NCBI GenBank assembly: GCA_043763995.1
Contig: JAYUKZ010000066.1
Coordinates: 722-64,721, forward strand
Reading direction: 5' to 3'
Source of the DNA: Fibrella sp.
GTDB lineage: Bacteria > Bacteroidota > Bacteroidia > Cytophagales > Spirosomataceae
Length of the DNA stretch: 64,000 nt
In this document: one piece after another, positions 46,017 through 56,223 of the stretch
Layout: each line of letters opens with the position of its first letter
Numbering within the stretch: position 1 is the stretch's first letter
Position numbers and translations under genes: made by a program
Notes under the pieces: model-generated
Databases searched by the model: none
Seen by the model: the letters and a program-made list of their open reading frames with translations, nothing else
What the model was told of the DNA's origin: nothing

Positions 46017-47264
46017 GTGGAAGGCACCTTAGACGCTGGCAAAGTTGCCAACGTACCTGTACCCGGATACAGGTCGGTGGTCATTCATTGGTGGTGCCGT
46101 GCCTTTTTTATGCTGTCTTGGCTCAATGTCGGGGCGAGCCAACACCTGTTTGCCCAGGCACGGCAGGAGGGTACCGGCCCCGGCCAACGGTATTTGGCGG
46201 TGCGCAACCTCCAACCCGATCTGCTGGTCTACGATGAAGCGTTCAGCGTGTATGTGCCCCACATACCCGAACTTCACGGCTCGGAACTGGCCTTCAGCAC
46301 GCCTATTGACCTGGAAAGCAACCGCTACTACACGCTGCTGATTCGGTCTAAGCAACCAGGTTTTTTGTTTTTCGATGCTGCCCTTCGCCAACGTACCGAA
46401 GCCGGTGCCTGGCAGGTGCTGCCCGTCGATAGCCTGTTCCGGGTCTACCGAAAGCCGCAGGTTTTTCTGACCCTCTACGGCCCGGCGGGTGCCAACAATT
46501 GGGAAATAGTGCTGGCCCACCGCCGCCCGTTGGTGGCCCGACCCGCGACGCTGACGGAAGATTTGTTGAGTGTTCGTCCCCGCGTTTTTGATGCATTCGC
46601 CAATTTTTTCGGCATTGGTCTGTTGCTCTTGCTGGCTATGCATGCGCTGCTTTACACGCTCTTCCGGCGGGCGTTTCAGCTCTATTATAACCCGGCTATC
46701 CTGCTAAATTTGGCCAATGCCGAGGATTCGTTCGTCATCAGCCGCCCGTTGGGCCGAATGTCGCTGGCGTTCATGGTCAATCTTAGTCTGCTGATGGCGT
46801 TTTTGTTCCTCTATACGCAGCAGACGCAGGCCAATTTGTTTGGGGTGGGTGCTTTCTTGCCACTCCGGCAAACCGTTGGCGGGTTATTGCTCAACTATGG
46901 CATTCTAAGCAGCGTTGTCTTCGGACTTTTCCTGGGAAAATACCTGCTCATCGCCCTGGTGGGAAGCCTCTACAAGTTCGACGCACTGGTTAACATTCAC
47001 TATTTCAAGGTATTGCATACGTCTCTGCTTTTTGCCAGCGGTTTGGTGGTGGTAGTAGCAGGGGTGTACTCCCGGTACGCAGCCCCATCGGGTACATATC
47101 CAAACTACGTATTTATAGTGTTTGTTGGTTTCTATGTGGCGCGGGCGGTGTGGCTCTACCTGACGTTGGCCCGGCTGCTGCCCGTCAAGAATCTGTATTT
47201 ATTTTCGTACCTTTGCCTTGTGGAATTGATCCCCCTGGTGGTTGGTATCCGGTTGGCTAATTAG
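46017..47264 (+). CDS. DUF4271-domain membrane protein
   Basis: Soluble N-terminal domain plus C-terminal TM bundle ending YLFSYLCLVELIPL; upstream of hemD; start uncertain (46017 or 46110). Confidence 0.75.
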   Translation: MEGTLDAGKVANVPVPGYRSVVIHWWCRAFFMLSWLNVGASQHLFAQARQEGTGPGQRYLAVRNLQPDLLVYDEAFSVYVPHIPELHGSELAFSTPIDLESNRYYTLLIRSKQPGFLFFDAALRQRTEAGAWQVLPVDSLFRVYRKPQVFLTLYGPAGANNWEIVLAHRRPLVARPATLTEDLLSVRPRVFDAFANFFGIGLLLLLAMHALLYTLFRRAFQLYYNPAILLNLANAEDSFVISRPLGRMSLAFMVNLSLLMAFLFLYTQQTQANLFGVGAFLPLRQTVGGLLLNYGILSSVVFGLFLGKYLLIALVGSLYKFDALVNIHYFKVLHTSLLFASGLVVVVAGVYSRYAAPSGTYPNYVFIVFVGFYVARAVWLYLTLARLLPVKNLYLFSYLCLVELIPLVVGIRLAN

Positions 47265-47337
47265 CCGGTTTCAGCTCTTGCCGGATGAATCTCCATACCA
47301 CACACCCGCCGGAACGCGTCATATTCAGGTACATTCA

Positions 47338-48123
47338 ATGAGCCATACCAACACACAGCCCACCGAGGAACGTCAGACGAAAGTCAGCCATGTGTTAGTG
47401 ACCCAATCTAAACCCGCCGACGATAAATCACCTTATTTCGACCTGGCCGACCGCTACAACGTTACCGTCGATTTTCGCCCGTTCATCCAGATTCAGGGCG
47501 TGTCGTTCAAAGAGTTCCGGCGGCAGAAAATTAATATTCTGGCCCATACAGCCATCATTTTCACCAGCCGAAACGCCATCGATCATTTCTTTCGGATCTG
47601 CAACGAAGGCCGTTTGGACGTACCTGCCGACATGAAGTATTTTTGTATTTCGGAACAAACGGCCAACTACCTTCAGAAATACATTATCATTCGAAAGCGA
47701 AAGATTTTTTCCGGTACTAAAACCGCGAAAGAGTTGTTCGATTTAATCCGTAAGCACAAAACGGAGAAGTTTTTGTTTCCCTGCTCCAACATCCGTAGCA
47801 ACGATATCCCCGATTTTATGGACACGGGCGGTTTGCACCTGTCAGAGGCTGTTATGTACGAAACCGTGGCCACTGACCTTGCTGACCTGGACGTGGCCCA
47901 TTTTGATCTGATTGCTTTTTTCAGCCCGTCGGGCGTGTCATCATTGCTGACTAACTTCCCCAACTTCAAGCAGAATGGCACCCGGATGGCGGCATTTGGC
48001 CCCACCACGGCAAAAGCAATCACCGAGGCCGGCCTATTGCTCGATATCGAGGCTCCCCTGCCCAACGCTCCTTCCATGACCGGTGCGCTGGACCTGTATA
48101 TCCGAAAAGCTAACAAAGTCTGA
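47338..48123 (+). CDS. hemD: Uroporphyrinogen-III synthase
   Basis: VLVTQSKP...SPY, DFRPFI, IFTSRNAIDHFF, AFFSPSG, AAFGPTT. Confidence 0.92.
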   Translation: MSHTNTQPTEERQTKVSHVLVTQSKPADDKSPYFDLADRYNVTVDFRPFIQIQGVSFKEFRRQKINILAHTAIIFTSRNAIDHFFRICNEGRLDVPADMKYFCISEQTANYLQKYIIIRKRKIFSGTKTAKELFDLIRKHKTEKFLFPCSNIRSNDIPDFMDTGGLHLSEAVMYETVATDLADLDVAHFDLIAFFSPSGVSSLLTNFPNFKQNGTRMAAFGPTTAKAITEAGLLLDIEAPLPNAPSMTGALDLYIRKANKV

Positions 48124-48260
48124 CCTTCGAGGGTTGGGGTATTGCTGTTGGTGTTCGCCTGTTGCCCAATACTGGCTATATTTCTGGTCAATATTTTGGG
48201 TTTTACCCCGTTATTTAGCTACTTGACCGGCGCAACAATCGCCCCGACTGCTAACCCTCT

Positions 48261-49223
48261 ATGCTTCGCAACCTTTACGTATTGGCTGGTAGCTGCCTGC
48301 TTTCGCTGTCGGCTTTTGGGCAGCAGGACCCTCAGTTCAGCTTTTTTTCGTTCGCTCCCACATTCTATAACCCCGCAGCGGCTGGCTCTGAGGGTGTTAC
48401 CCGCGTTCAGTTGCTCTACCGCACCCAATGGGCGGGTTACACTACCTCTGCCGGGCTGGGCGGTGCGCCCACCTCACAACTGCTTACGGCCAATTTGCCT
48501 CTCAACGGCATCAACAGCGGCGTGGGCATTTATGCGCTCAACGACGTGGTTGGCCCCATCAGCAGTCAGTCGGTGCAGGTGGCCTATGCCTACCGGTTTG
48601 CCCTCAAGTCAGGTACGTTGTCGGTAGGGGTTCAGGCTGGTATACACAACAAAGCCATCGATTATTCAAACATTATCTTCCGAGACCCCGGCGATTTGCT
48701 CATTGGCACAGGCCAAGTTTCGCAGCTACAACCCGATTTCAGCGCGGGCGTTCACTACAACACCGTCGACTATTGGGTGGGCCTGAGTTTGTTTCACCTC
48801 AACGCCGCCGCCTACAAACTGGGCACCGACCGGGGTATCAACCCCATGTCCAGAACGGCATACCTGTCGGCGGGCTACCGGCTGGGCCTCACCTATGACC
48901 TTGATCTTCAGCCGTCTATCCTGTATAAGTATAGTGCCGAGCCGGGCCTTCAGGCTTCATCGCTGGATGTAAACCTACTGGCCACCTATGCCAGCCGGTA
49001 TTTTGCTGGTGCAAGCTATCGGTTACAGGAAGCCGTTACTGTTATGGCGGGTATCAACTTGCTCGCCAACAATGCGCTACGGCTGGGCGTGGCTTATGAC
49101 TTCACCACCTTTGGGGCTACGGCCAAACGGCCTGCCTCGTATGAAGTAATGCTAAGTTATGCACTTCCTGCCCCCAACACCAGCCGCAAACCCATCGTGC
49201 GTACGCCCCGTTTCCGGTATTGA
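48261..49223 (+). CDS. porP: PorP/SprF type IX secretion membrane protein
   Basis: QQDPQFSFF, YNPAAAG, YRTQWAG, AYDFTT, SYEVMLSY; directly upstream of gldK. Confidence 0.9.
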   Translation: MLRNLYVLAGSCLLSLSAFGQQDPQFSFFSFAPTFYNPAAAGSEGVTRVQLLYRTQWAGYTTSAGLGGAPTSQLLTANLPLNGINSGVGIYALNDVVGPISSQSVQVAYAYRFALKSGTLSVGVQAGIHNKAIDYSNIIFRDPGDLLIGTGQVSQLQPDFSAGVHYNTVDYWVGLSLFHLNAAAYKLGTDRGINPMSRTAYLSAGYRLGLTYDLDLQPSILYKYSAEPGLQASSLDVNLLATYASRYFAGASYRLQEAVTVMAGINLLANNALRLGVAYDFTTFGATAKRPASYEVMLSYALPAPNTSRKPIVRTPRFRY

Positions 49224-49450
49224 TGGCTACACATTTTTGGCATGATGTGCTTGTTGGTTCAGTATGCCCGTCAAATTGGCCTCATTGTTGTTGGACACAC
49301 ACCGGTCAGGTACGTATTTTTGACCCAATAGGCTAAAAAAAGCAGTAAGAAGGGTTTTTCTGCTTTCGGGCGAAACACATTAACATACAATAACCCGGCG
49401 CATTTTCGTTCTTACGTCAGGTCTTGCACACGTTTATGCAGTTTATACAT

Positions 49451-50593
49451 ATGAAATCGAACCGAATGCCAACTCACACACTCCGGGGCGTATTGGTGGT
49501 GGCAACAGTACTGGTTTTGCAAAGCTGCGGCTTTGTGAAATCGAAGCTTGGTGGCGGTAAAAGTGCCGATGTCGGCGTGAACAATGGTGAAATCGTGGCC
49601 AAGTCGCGGCCCGGCTATAAGCAGACCACGCCCTATGGAATGGTGCTTGTTCCGTCGGGGTCGTTCATCATGGGGCAAGCCGACGAAGACGTGGCTGCCA
49701 CCCAGATTAACATGAACCGCCGCGTGACGATCAGTTCGTTCTACATGGACGACACCGAAATCACCAACCACGAATACCGTCAGTATGTAAACGCGCTCCT
49801 GGCCGACTCTGCCGCCACCATGGGCGAAGAGGAAATCATGGCTAAATTTTACCCAGATACCGCTGTGTGGAAGAACGATTTCACCTATCACAACGGCGAC
49901 CCTATGCTGGAATACTACTATGGCCATCCCGCGTTCGACACGTATCCGGTGGTGGGCGTAAACTGGAAAGCGGCCCAACACTTTTGCCAGTGGCGTACCA
50001 ACCTCTACAACGATTACCGCACGAAAGAAAGCCTGGTCAATTCGCCTCGTTTCCGGCTACCGTCAGAAGCCGAGTGGGAGTGGGCCGCACGGGGCGGCAA
50101 GCAGGGAGCCAAGTATCCTTGGGGCAATCCCTACGTAGCGAACGGAAAAGGCTGTTACCTGGCCAATTTCAAACCACAGCGCGGCAATTTTGATGCCGAT
50201 GGCTACCCCTACACGGCCCCGGCTAACCAGTACAATGCTAACGAGTATGGCCTGTATAACATGGCCGGAAATGTGGCCGAATGGTGCCGCGATGCCTATG
50301 CCGAAAATTCGAACGCCATTGTTTGGGACATGAACCCCGACAACCAAAACGCCGACGAACCCCGCAAAGTGGTTCGGGGTGGTTCGTGGAAGGACGTGGC
50401 CTATTACCTGGAGTCGGGAACACGTACCTACGAAGATGAAAACGCCCGTCGTTCATTCATCGGTTTTCGGTGTGTGATGGACAACCTGGAGGGGCGCACA
50501 GCCTCGGCGCGGGGTGGCCGGTCTTCCTCGTCGAAGTCAAAATCCTCGAAAAAATCGGGTGGCGACAAGGGTATGAAGACCACCAAAGCATAG
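49451..50593 (+). CDS. gldK: Gliding motility / T9SS lipoprotein GldK
   Basis: Lipobox LQSC; FGE-sulfatase fold (FYMDDTEITN.EY, YPVVGV.W, RLPSEAEWEWAARG, GLYNMAGNVAEW, IGFRC). Confidence 0.92.
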   Translation: MKSNRMPTHTLRGVLVVATVLVLQSCGFVKSKLGGGKSADVGVNNGEIVAKSRPGYKQTTPYGMVLVPSGSFIMGQADEDVAATQINMNRRVTISSFYMDDTEITNHEYRQYVNALLADSAATMGEEEIMAKFYPDTAVWKNDFTYHNGDPMLEYYYGHPAFDTYPVVGVNWKAAQHFCQWRTNLYNDYRTKESLVNSPRFRLPSEAEWEWAARGGKQGAKYPWGNPYVANGKGCYLANFKPQRGNFDADGYPYTAPANQYNANEYGLYNMAGNVAEWCRDAYAENSNAIVWDMNPDNQNADEPRKVVRGGSWKDVAYYLESGTRTYEDENARRSFIGFRCVMDNLEGRTASARGGRSSSSKSKSSKKSGGDKGMKTTKA

Positions 50594-50644
50594 TCATTTC
50601 AATCTGTTTCTTTCCTATTCTATTCTCACATCCGTAAACCACTC

Positions 50645-51466
50645 ATGGCAGCAGGAAAAGTAAATTTCTTTTGGGATCGCCTCGTTCCTACCTTATACAG
50701 TGCCGGTGCCGCCGTTGTTATCTTCGGGGCCTGGGCCAAAATCACCCACAACGAACAGTTCGGCTTTATGCTCACGGTGGGTCTGCTGACAGAAGTGGTC
50801 ATCTTTGCCCTCTACGCCGTTCAAAGTTTCACTCAGCCTATTGCCTCCGGCGATGATTACGCCTGGGAGCGCGTCTATCCCGAATTGGCTACCGACTACA
50901 AAGGCGAAGCCCGCAAGGCTGTTGCCGCCACTCCGCAAGCCAACGGCCTCACAGCCAACATGGATCAGATGCTTGCGCAGGCCAAAATCACGCCCGACGT
51001 GTTCGAGAAATTGGGTTCCGGTTTCCAGAATCTCAACAGCACGGTGTCTAAACTCACCGACCTGACCGATGCCACGGTAGCCACCAACGACTACGCCCGC
51101 AATGTGAAGTCGGCATCGGGGTCTATTTCGGAGATGAACAAATCGTATGGTACGGCCATTACGGCCATGAATTCGATGGCCGATGCCACGACCGATGCCA
51201 AAGATTACCGGGATCAGTTTCAGAAAGTGACCAAGAACATGGGTGCATTGAATGCCGTGTACGAACTGGAATTGCAGGACACCAACAAGCACCTGAAGGC
51301 CATGAATGCGTTCTACGGCAACCTCACCAATGCCATGCAAAACATGGCCGATGCCAGCAAAGACACCCAACAGTTCAAAGCTGAATTGGGCAAGCTAACG
51401 GGCAACCTTGCCTCGCTCAACAATGTCTATGGCAGTATGCTGACAGCCATGCGCAGCGGCAACTAG
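50645..51466 (+). CDS. gldL: GldL
   Basis: YSAGAAVVIFGAWAKITH, GLLTEVVIF, WERVYPEL, LNAVYELELQD, NLASLNNVYGSMLTAM. Confidence 0.95.
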   Translation: MAAGKVNFFWDRLVPTLYSAGAAVVIFGAWAKITHNEQFGFMLTVGLLTEVVIFALYAVQSFTQPIASGDDYAWERVYPELATDYKGEARKAVAATPQANGLTANMDQMLAQAKITPDVFEKLGSGFQNLNSTVSKLTDLTDATVATNDYARNVKSASGSISEMNKSYGTAITAMNSMADATTDAKDYRDQFQKVTKNMGALNAVYELELQDTNKHLKAMNAFYGNLTNAMQNMADASKDTQQFKAELGKLTGNLASLNNVYGSMLTAMRSGN

Positions 51467-51511
51467 AAATCAAATCCTCTCTCTTAAACAGTATTTAATA
51501 CTACCAACCGA

Positions 51512-53104
51512 ATGGCAGGTGGAAAAGAAACACCCCGTCAGAAAATGATCGGGATGATGTATCTGGTATTGACCGCGTTGCTTGCCTTGCAGGTTACGTC
51601 GGCCATTCTGGAAAAATTCGTCCTGCTGAATAACTCTCTGGAGCAGTCTACGGGGTCAGCAAATAAGGTCAATCAAGAGACAATTGAAAAAATCAGGGCG
51701 GCGGTCACCAAAACCGGCAACCGCCCCGCCGATGTGGCTGTGATGCAACAAGCCGATCAGGTACGTAAGCAAACCGCCGATATGATGGCGCAGATTGATG
51801 GGCTGAAAACCCAGTTGATTGCCGCCGGTGGTGGTCTGGACGAAGAAGGTAGTATCAAAAATTTGAGCGAAGAAGAAAAGGTAGCGCAGCTTTTGGTTGG
51901 CAACAACCGCAACGGAGAGGCTTACAAACTTCAGACCTCGCTGAATCAGTACACCGAGCAACTATCGAAGGCAGGCAATGCCAAATTTGCCCCCCTGGCT
52001 TTGGATGGTAAAGACGACCCTACGGCCAAACGCTCTTCTGAGCAACGTACCAAAGATTTTGCCGTGCTCAACTTTGCCCAAACGCCTGTACCGGCAGCAT
52101 TGGCCGTGTTGAGTCAGAAACAAGCTGATGTGCGCCGCCTCGAAGGCGAGGTACTCGATTATCTGGCCACAAAAGTGGGAGCGCAGGACGTGAAATTCGA
52201 CAAAATCATGGGGATGCTCAGTATGCAGTCCAACGTGGTGGTGGCGGGTACCAAGTTTCGGGGCGAGATGTTTTTGGCGGCTTCGTCGTCCGGTATTCAA
52301 CCCCGGATGAGCCTTAGCGGTGGCCCCGTCAGGATGGAAAATGGCCGGGGTGTCATTGAATTCACCGCACAGGGCGGTGCCTATGACAGTCAGGGCCTCT
52401 CGAAACGGGTGTTGTCAGGCACTATTTCTTACAACGCGCCCGACGGCACGGTGAAATCAGTACCGGTAAAAGCCGAGTATGCTGTGGCCAAGCCAACGTA
52501 TCAGATCGAGACAGGTACGTTGCCGCCGCTCTATTTGGGTTGCGAAAACAAACTCAGCATTCAAAGCCCGCAATTGGGTGCGCTCTGGAACCCCACCATC
52601 ACGGCAGACGGGGCGAGTGTGTTGCAATCGGGTGCCAAAGGAAAGGTGACGGTGGTGCCCAACTCGGCCTCGGTGATGGTTAACATCAGCAATGCCGGGA
52701 ATTTGCTGGGCCGTGAACCCTTCCGGGTGAACCGGGTGCCGCGCCCCACCATCGAGTATCTGGTGGGTGGCCGCCCCGCCACTGACCCACGGGGTGTAGC
52801 TGTAGGCTCGGCCCGGAGCATTAGCGTTCGGGCTGTGGCTGACCCCAGCTTTGCCGCGTTTGCGCCAAACGATGCCCGCTTTCGGGTAACGGGAATTACG
52901 GTTAACCTGGCACGGGGAACCCGCCGTATTGCCGGGCCACTGAATTTGGGTGCCGGTGGCGGTTCGTTGGGTGCTATGGCCGGAGAAATGGAGCCGGGCG
53001 ACCGGCTGACCATCACGGTAGAAGGCGTTCAGCGGCAAAATTTCCGGGGCGAAATCAGCGATGTTTCGATGGGAAATGTACTCCAGGTAATATCCTTGTA
53101 TTAA
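51512..53104 (+). CDS. gldM: GldM
   Basis: MAGGKETPRQKMIGMMYLVLTALLALQV. Confidence 0.95.
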   Translation: MAGGKETPRQKMIGMMYLVLTALLALQVTSAILEKFVLLNNSLEQSTGSANKVNQETIEKIRAAVTKTGNRPADVAVMQQADQVRKQTADMMAQIDGLKTQLIAAGGGLDEEGSIKNLSEEEKVAQLLVGNNRNGEAYKLQTSLNQYTEQLSKAGNAKFAPLALDGKDDPTAKRSSEQRTKDFAVLNFAQTPVPAALAVLSQKQADVRRLEGEVLDYLATKVGAQDVKFDKIMGMLSMQSNVVVAGTKFRGEMFLAASSSGIQPRMSLSGGPVRMENGRGVIEFTAQGGAYDSQGLSKRVLSGTISYNAPDGTVKSVPVKAEYAVAKPTYQIETGTLPPLYLGCENKLSIQSPQLGALWNPTITADGASVLQSGAKGKVTVVPNSASVMVNISNAGNLLGREPFRVNRVPRPTIEYLVGGRPATDPRGVAVGSARSISVRAVADPSFAAFAPNDARFRVTGITVNLARGTRRIAGPLNLGAGGGSLGAMAGEMEPGDRLTITVEGVQRQNFRGEISDVSMGNVLQVISLY

Positions 53105-53164
53105 CCATACTAAAGCGGCTTTGAGGCCGTTTTTAGGGTAGAAAACAGCCAACAAACACAAGCC

Positions 53165-54229
53165 ATGAAGCAAGTGACATTCATACGGGCGGCGGCCCTC
53201 ACGGCTACGGCCACCCTCGGCCTGCTGGGCGGTGCGCTGGCGCAGGAACGCGACAACAGCAAGGCAAACTCGATGTCGGTGCGGCCCATTGCCGACAGTG
53301 ACATTATGATGAAGAAAACCCTGTGGCGGCGTATTGACCTGAAGGAGACGCAGAACAGGAGCATGTTCGCCAAAGGCAACGAGATCACCAAATACCTGAT
53401 CGACGCGGTGAAAGCCGGGCTGCTGGATGCCTACGAAAACGACTCCTGCACCCGTAAAATCTCGCCCGACAAATTCCACGAAAAGCTGCTGATTCCCAAT
53501 CAGGAAGGGGGCTTATCGGCGGAGGAAATCAAAGCCGGGTTTGACAAAAATGGGGCCGTGGCCGGGAAAGACGAAGGTTGGGGCGATGGCAAAAAACAGG
53601 ACAAGCCCAAAACCGCCGCCGCCAAACCCGCCGACGACGGTTGGGGTGGGCCTCCCAAGAAAGCCGCCGCTGCCGACGATGGTTGGGGTGGGCCACCTAA
53701 GAAAACTACCGCCAAAACCAAAGGGAAGAAGGGAGCCAAAACAACCCAACCCATTGAGCCGGTGAGGCAGGACACGGTGGCCGTAGCCAAAACTGCGTCG
53801 CCGTCGCTTTCGGGTGACGAATATTTCCCCAAGGAATTGAGTGTGCTGGAAGTAAAAGAAGACTGGATTTTTGATAAAAAACGGTCACGGCTGTACTACG
53901 ATATTCAAACCGTAAAAATGCTGTTGCCCGCCGACAAAAACGCGGCAGGTTTCGAGCTTCCCATTGCCACCTTCCGTTACAAAGACCTCGACAAACTGTT
54001 CCGGTCTGACCCCAAGAAATTTGTCTGGTACAACACCCAAAACCAGGCGCAGCACAAAAACCTGGCCGATGCCTTTGACCTTCGTTTGTTCTACGGGCGC
54101 ATCACGAAAGTGGCCAACCCCGACGATAAAGAACTGGTAGGCCTTTACGGCGACAAAGAGGGCCTGATGAAATCGTACCAAACAGAGTACGACCTGATGG
54201 AAATCGAACACGGCCTCTGGGAATACTAA
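53165..54229 (+). CDS. gldN: GldN
   Basis: LWRRIDL, EVKEDWIFDKKRSRLYYDI, FDLRLFYGRITK, EHGLWEY. Confidence 0.93.
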   Translation: MKQVTFIRAAALTATATLGLLGGALAQERDNSKANSMSVRPIADSDIMMKKTLWRRIDLKETQNRSMFAKGNEITKYLIDAVKAGLLDAYENDSCTRKISPDKFHEKLLIPNQEGGLSAEEIKAGFDKNGAVAGKDEGWGDGKKQDKPKTAAAKPADDGWGGPPKKAAAADDGWGGPPKKTTAKTKGKKGAKTTQPIEPVRQDTVAVAKTASPSLSGDEYFPKELSVLEVKEDWIFDKKRSRLYYDIQTVKMLLPADKNAAGFELPIATFRYKDLDKLFRSDPKKFVWYNTQNQAQHKNLADAFDLRLFYGRITKVANPDDKELVGLYGDKEGLMKSYQTEYDLMEIEHGLWEY

Positions 54230-54249
54230 CGACAACGTACCTGACACAA

Positions 54250-54283
54250 AAATTGCCCCTGCGATGAACAGGGGTAATTTTTT
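54250..54283 (+). terminator. Terminator of the gld operon
   Basis: aaattgcccctg-cgatgaa-caggggtaattttttg. Confidence 0.7.
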
Positions 54284-54294
54284 GGCCGGGTATT

Positions 54295-54324
54295 CGTAGA
54301 GACGCGATGTATCGCGTCTCTACG
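54295..54324. repeat. GTAG-type REP palindrome
   Basis: cgtagagacgcgat-gt-atcgcgtctctacg, perfect 14-bp arms. Confidence 0.8.
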
Positions 54325-54334
54325 CAAGGCCCCA

Positions 54335-56143
54335 TTAAACCTCCTGCGCATCGAAATAGGCTTTAACCTTTTGGGCTTTGTCGTCGCCGATTAGTTCGGC
54401 GATGGCGGCGGTGGCGGCCTCTTTTATTTTTTTGACTCCTTTGAAATGGGTCAATAGTTTTCCGGCTGTTTTCTGGCCGATGCCGTCAATGCCTTCCAGT
54501 TCGCTGATGAGGCTGTTGCGGCTGCGTTTGTCGCGGTGGTGAGTGATGGCGAAGCGGTGAGCCTCGTCGCGGCACCGTTGGATGAGTTTCAGCGATTCCG
54601 ATTTTTTATCGATGTAGAGGGGCAGACTATCTTCGGGAAAATAAATTTCTTCAAGCCGTTTGGCGATGCCCACAATTGGGATTTGGCCGTATAATTTTAG
54701 GGCTTTCAGCGCATCACAGGCCGCGCTGAGTTGGCCTTTGCCGCCGTCAATCACGATCAGGTCGGGGAGGGGGCCTTTTTCTTCCAGCATCCGGCTGTAC
54801 CGCCGCGTGACCACTTCGTACATACTGGCGAAATCGTTGGGGCCAATCACGGTTTTGATGCCGTAGTGCCGATATTCTTTCGTGGCCGGTTGGCCATCAA
54901 TAAAACACACCATGGCCGACACCGGGTTGGTACCCTGAATGTTCGAGTTGTCGAAACATTCGATGCGGCGGGGTAAACTTTTCAGTTGTAAATCCTGCTT
55001 GAGCCGGATGAGCACCCGGTCTTTTTTGCTGGCGTTGGCCGTTGATTCTGCCGCCGCCCGTTCCTGCCGCTCGCGCCGGAAGTAGAGCACGTTCTTGAGC
55101 GACATATCCATCAGCTTGCGCTTGTCGCCAATTTGCGGCACGGTTACTTCAGCCTTCAGGTCAACGTCTAGTGGAATGTTAGTAATGATTTCTTTGGCCT
55201 GACTGCCATATTGTTCGCGAAATTCTACGATGAGCATCGTGAGCAGGTCGGCATCGGGTTCATCGAGCTTCTTTTTTACCTCTACCGTGTGCGTTTGAAT
55301 AATGGTGCCGTTGACTACTTTCATGAAGTTGATGTAGGCCGAGACCTCATCCGAGGCAATGGTAAATACGTCGGCATCGGCTATTTTGGGGTTCACCACC
55401 GTCGATTTGCTCTGAAACCGTTGCAGCACGTCCATCTTATCTTTGAACTGCTGGGCTTGCTCAAACGCCATCGTACTGGCCGATTCCACCATTCGGGTGC
55501 GGAAAAAATCCTGCGCTGGTTTGAGTTGCCCTTTCAAAATGGCGTGAATCTGTTCGATGTCGGCATCGTAGTCGGCTTCGGCCTGTTTGCCTTCGCAGGG
55601 GCCTTTGCAGTTGCCGATGTGGTATTCGAGGCACACTTTGTACTTACCGGCCTCAATGTTTTCGGGGGCCAAATTATAGGTGCAGGTACGTAGGGTGAAG
55701 AGCTGGCTGAACATTTCCAGCACGGTGTACATGGGCTTCAAGTTGGCAAACGGCCCGTAGTAGGTACCCTGCCCCCGTTCGATGCGCCGGGTCGTAACCA
55801 CCCGTGGAAAATGTTCGTTGGTGACGCAGATAAACGGGTAGGTCTTGTCGTCGCGCAGCAGAATGTTGTAGCGCGGCTGGTAGCGTTTAATAAGCTGATT
55901 CTCAAGCAATAACGCATCAAATTCGGTATGCACAATGGTAAATTCAAGCTTCCGAATCTGGCTCACGAGCCGAAGCGTTTTGCGGTCGTGCTGGTTCGAT
56001 TTGGCGAAGTAGCTGCTGACGCGGTTCTTCAAATCTTTCGCTTTCCCAACGTAGATTACCTCACCGGCGGCATCAAAATATCGATAAACGCCCGGCTCGT
56101 GGGGTACGCTGGCTAACTCTTTTCTTGGGTCGAATTCGGGCAT
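54335..56143 (-). CDS. uvrC: Excinuclease ABC subunit C
   Basis: PGVYRY...IYVGKAKDLKNRVSSYF, ECFDNSN, IDGGKGQL, RDEAHRFAITHHR, HhH. Confidence 0.98.
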   Translation of the reverse strand: MPEFDPRKELASVPHEPGVYRYFDAAGEVIYVGKAKDLKNRVSSYFAKSNQHDRKTLRLVSQIRKLEFTIVHTEFDALLLENQLIKRYQPRYNILLRDDKTYPFICVTNEHFPRVVTTRRIERGQGTYYGPFANLKPMYTVLEMFSQLFTLRTCTYNLAPENIEAGKYKVCLEYHIGNCKGPCEGKQAEADYDADIEQIHAILKGQLKPAQDFFRTRMVESASTMAFEQAQQFKDKMDVLQRFQSKSTVVNPKIADADVFTIASDEVSAYINFMKVVNGTIIQTHTVEVKKKLDEPDADLLTMLIVEFREQYGSQAKEIITNIPLDVDLKAEVTVPQIGDKRKLMDMSLKNVLYFRRERQERAAAESTANASKKDRVLIRLKQDLQLKSLPRRIECFDNSNIQGTNPVSAMVCFIDGQPATKEYRHYGIKTVIGPNDFASMYEVVTRRYSRMLEEKGPLPDLIVIDGGKGQLSAACDALKALKLYGQIPIVGIAKRLEEIYFPEDSLPLYIDKKSESLKLIQRCRDEAHRFAITHHRDKRSRNSLISELEGIDGIGQKTAGKLLTHFKGVKKIKEAATAAIAELIGDDKAQKVKAYFDAQEV

Positions 56144-56223
56144 AAAGACCTAACGAACGTACCTGGCCAAAGGTTGCGGTTGCCCCAACTGCCCGGCTCA
56201 GGTACGTTGCCGGGAGGCAGGTT

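Noticed and set aside
52457-53479. 340-aa minus-strand ORF
   Set aside because: Antisense shadow of gldM/gldN with no motifs.
48261-54229. porP-gldKLMN as a novel system
   Set aside because: This is the well-described T9SS/gliding motor locus; only the GldN insertion is flagged.
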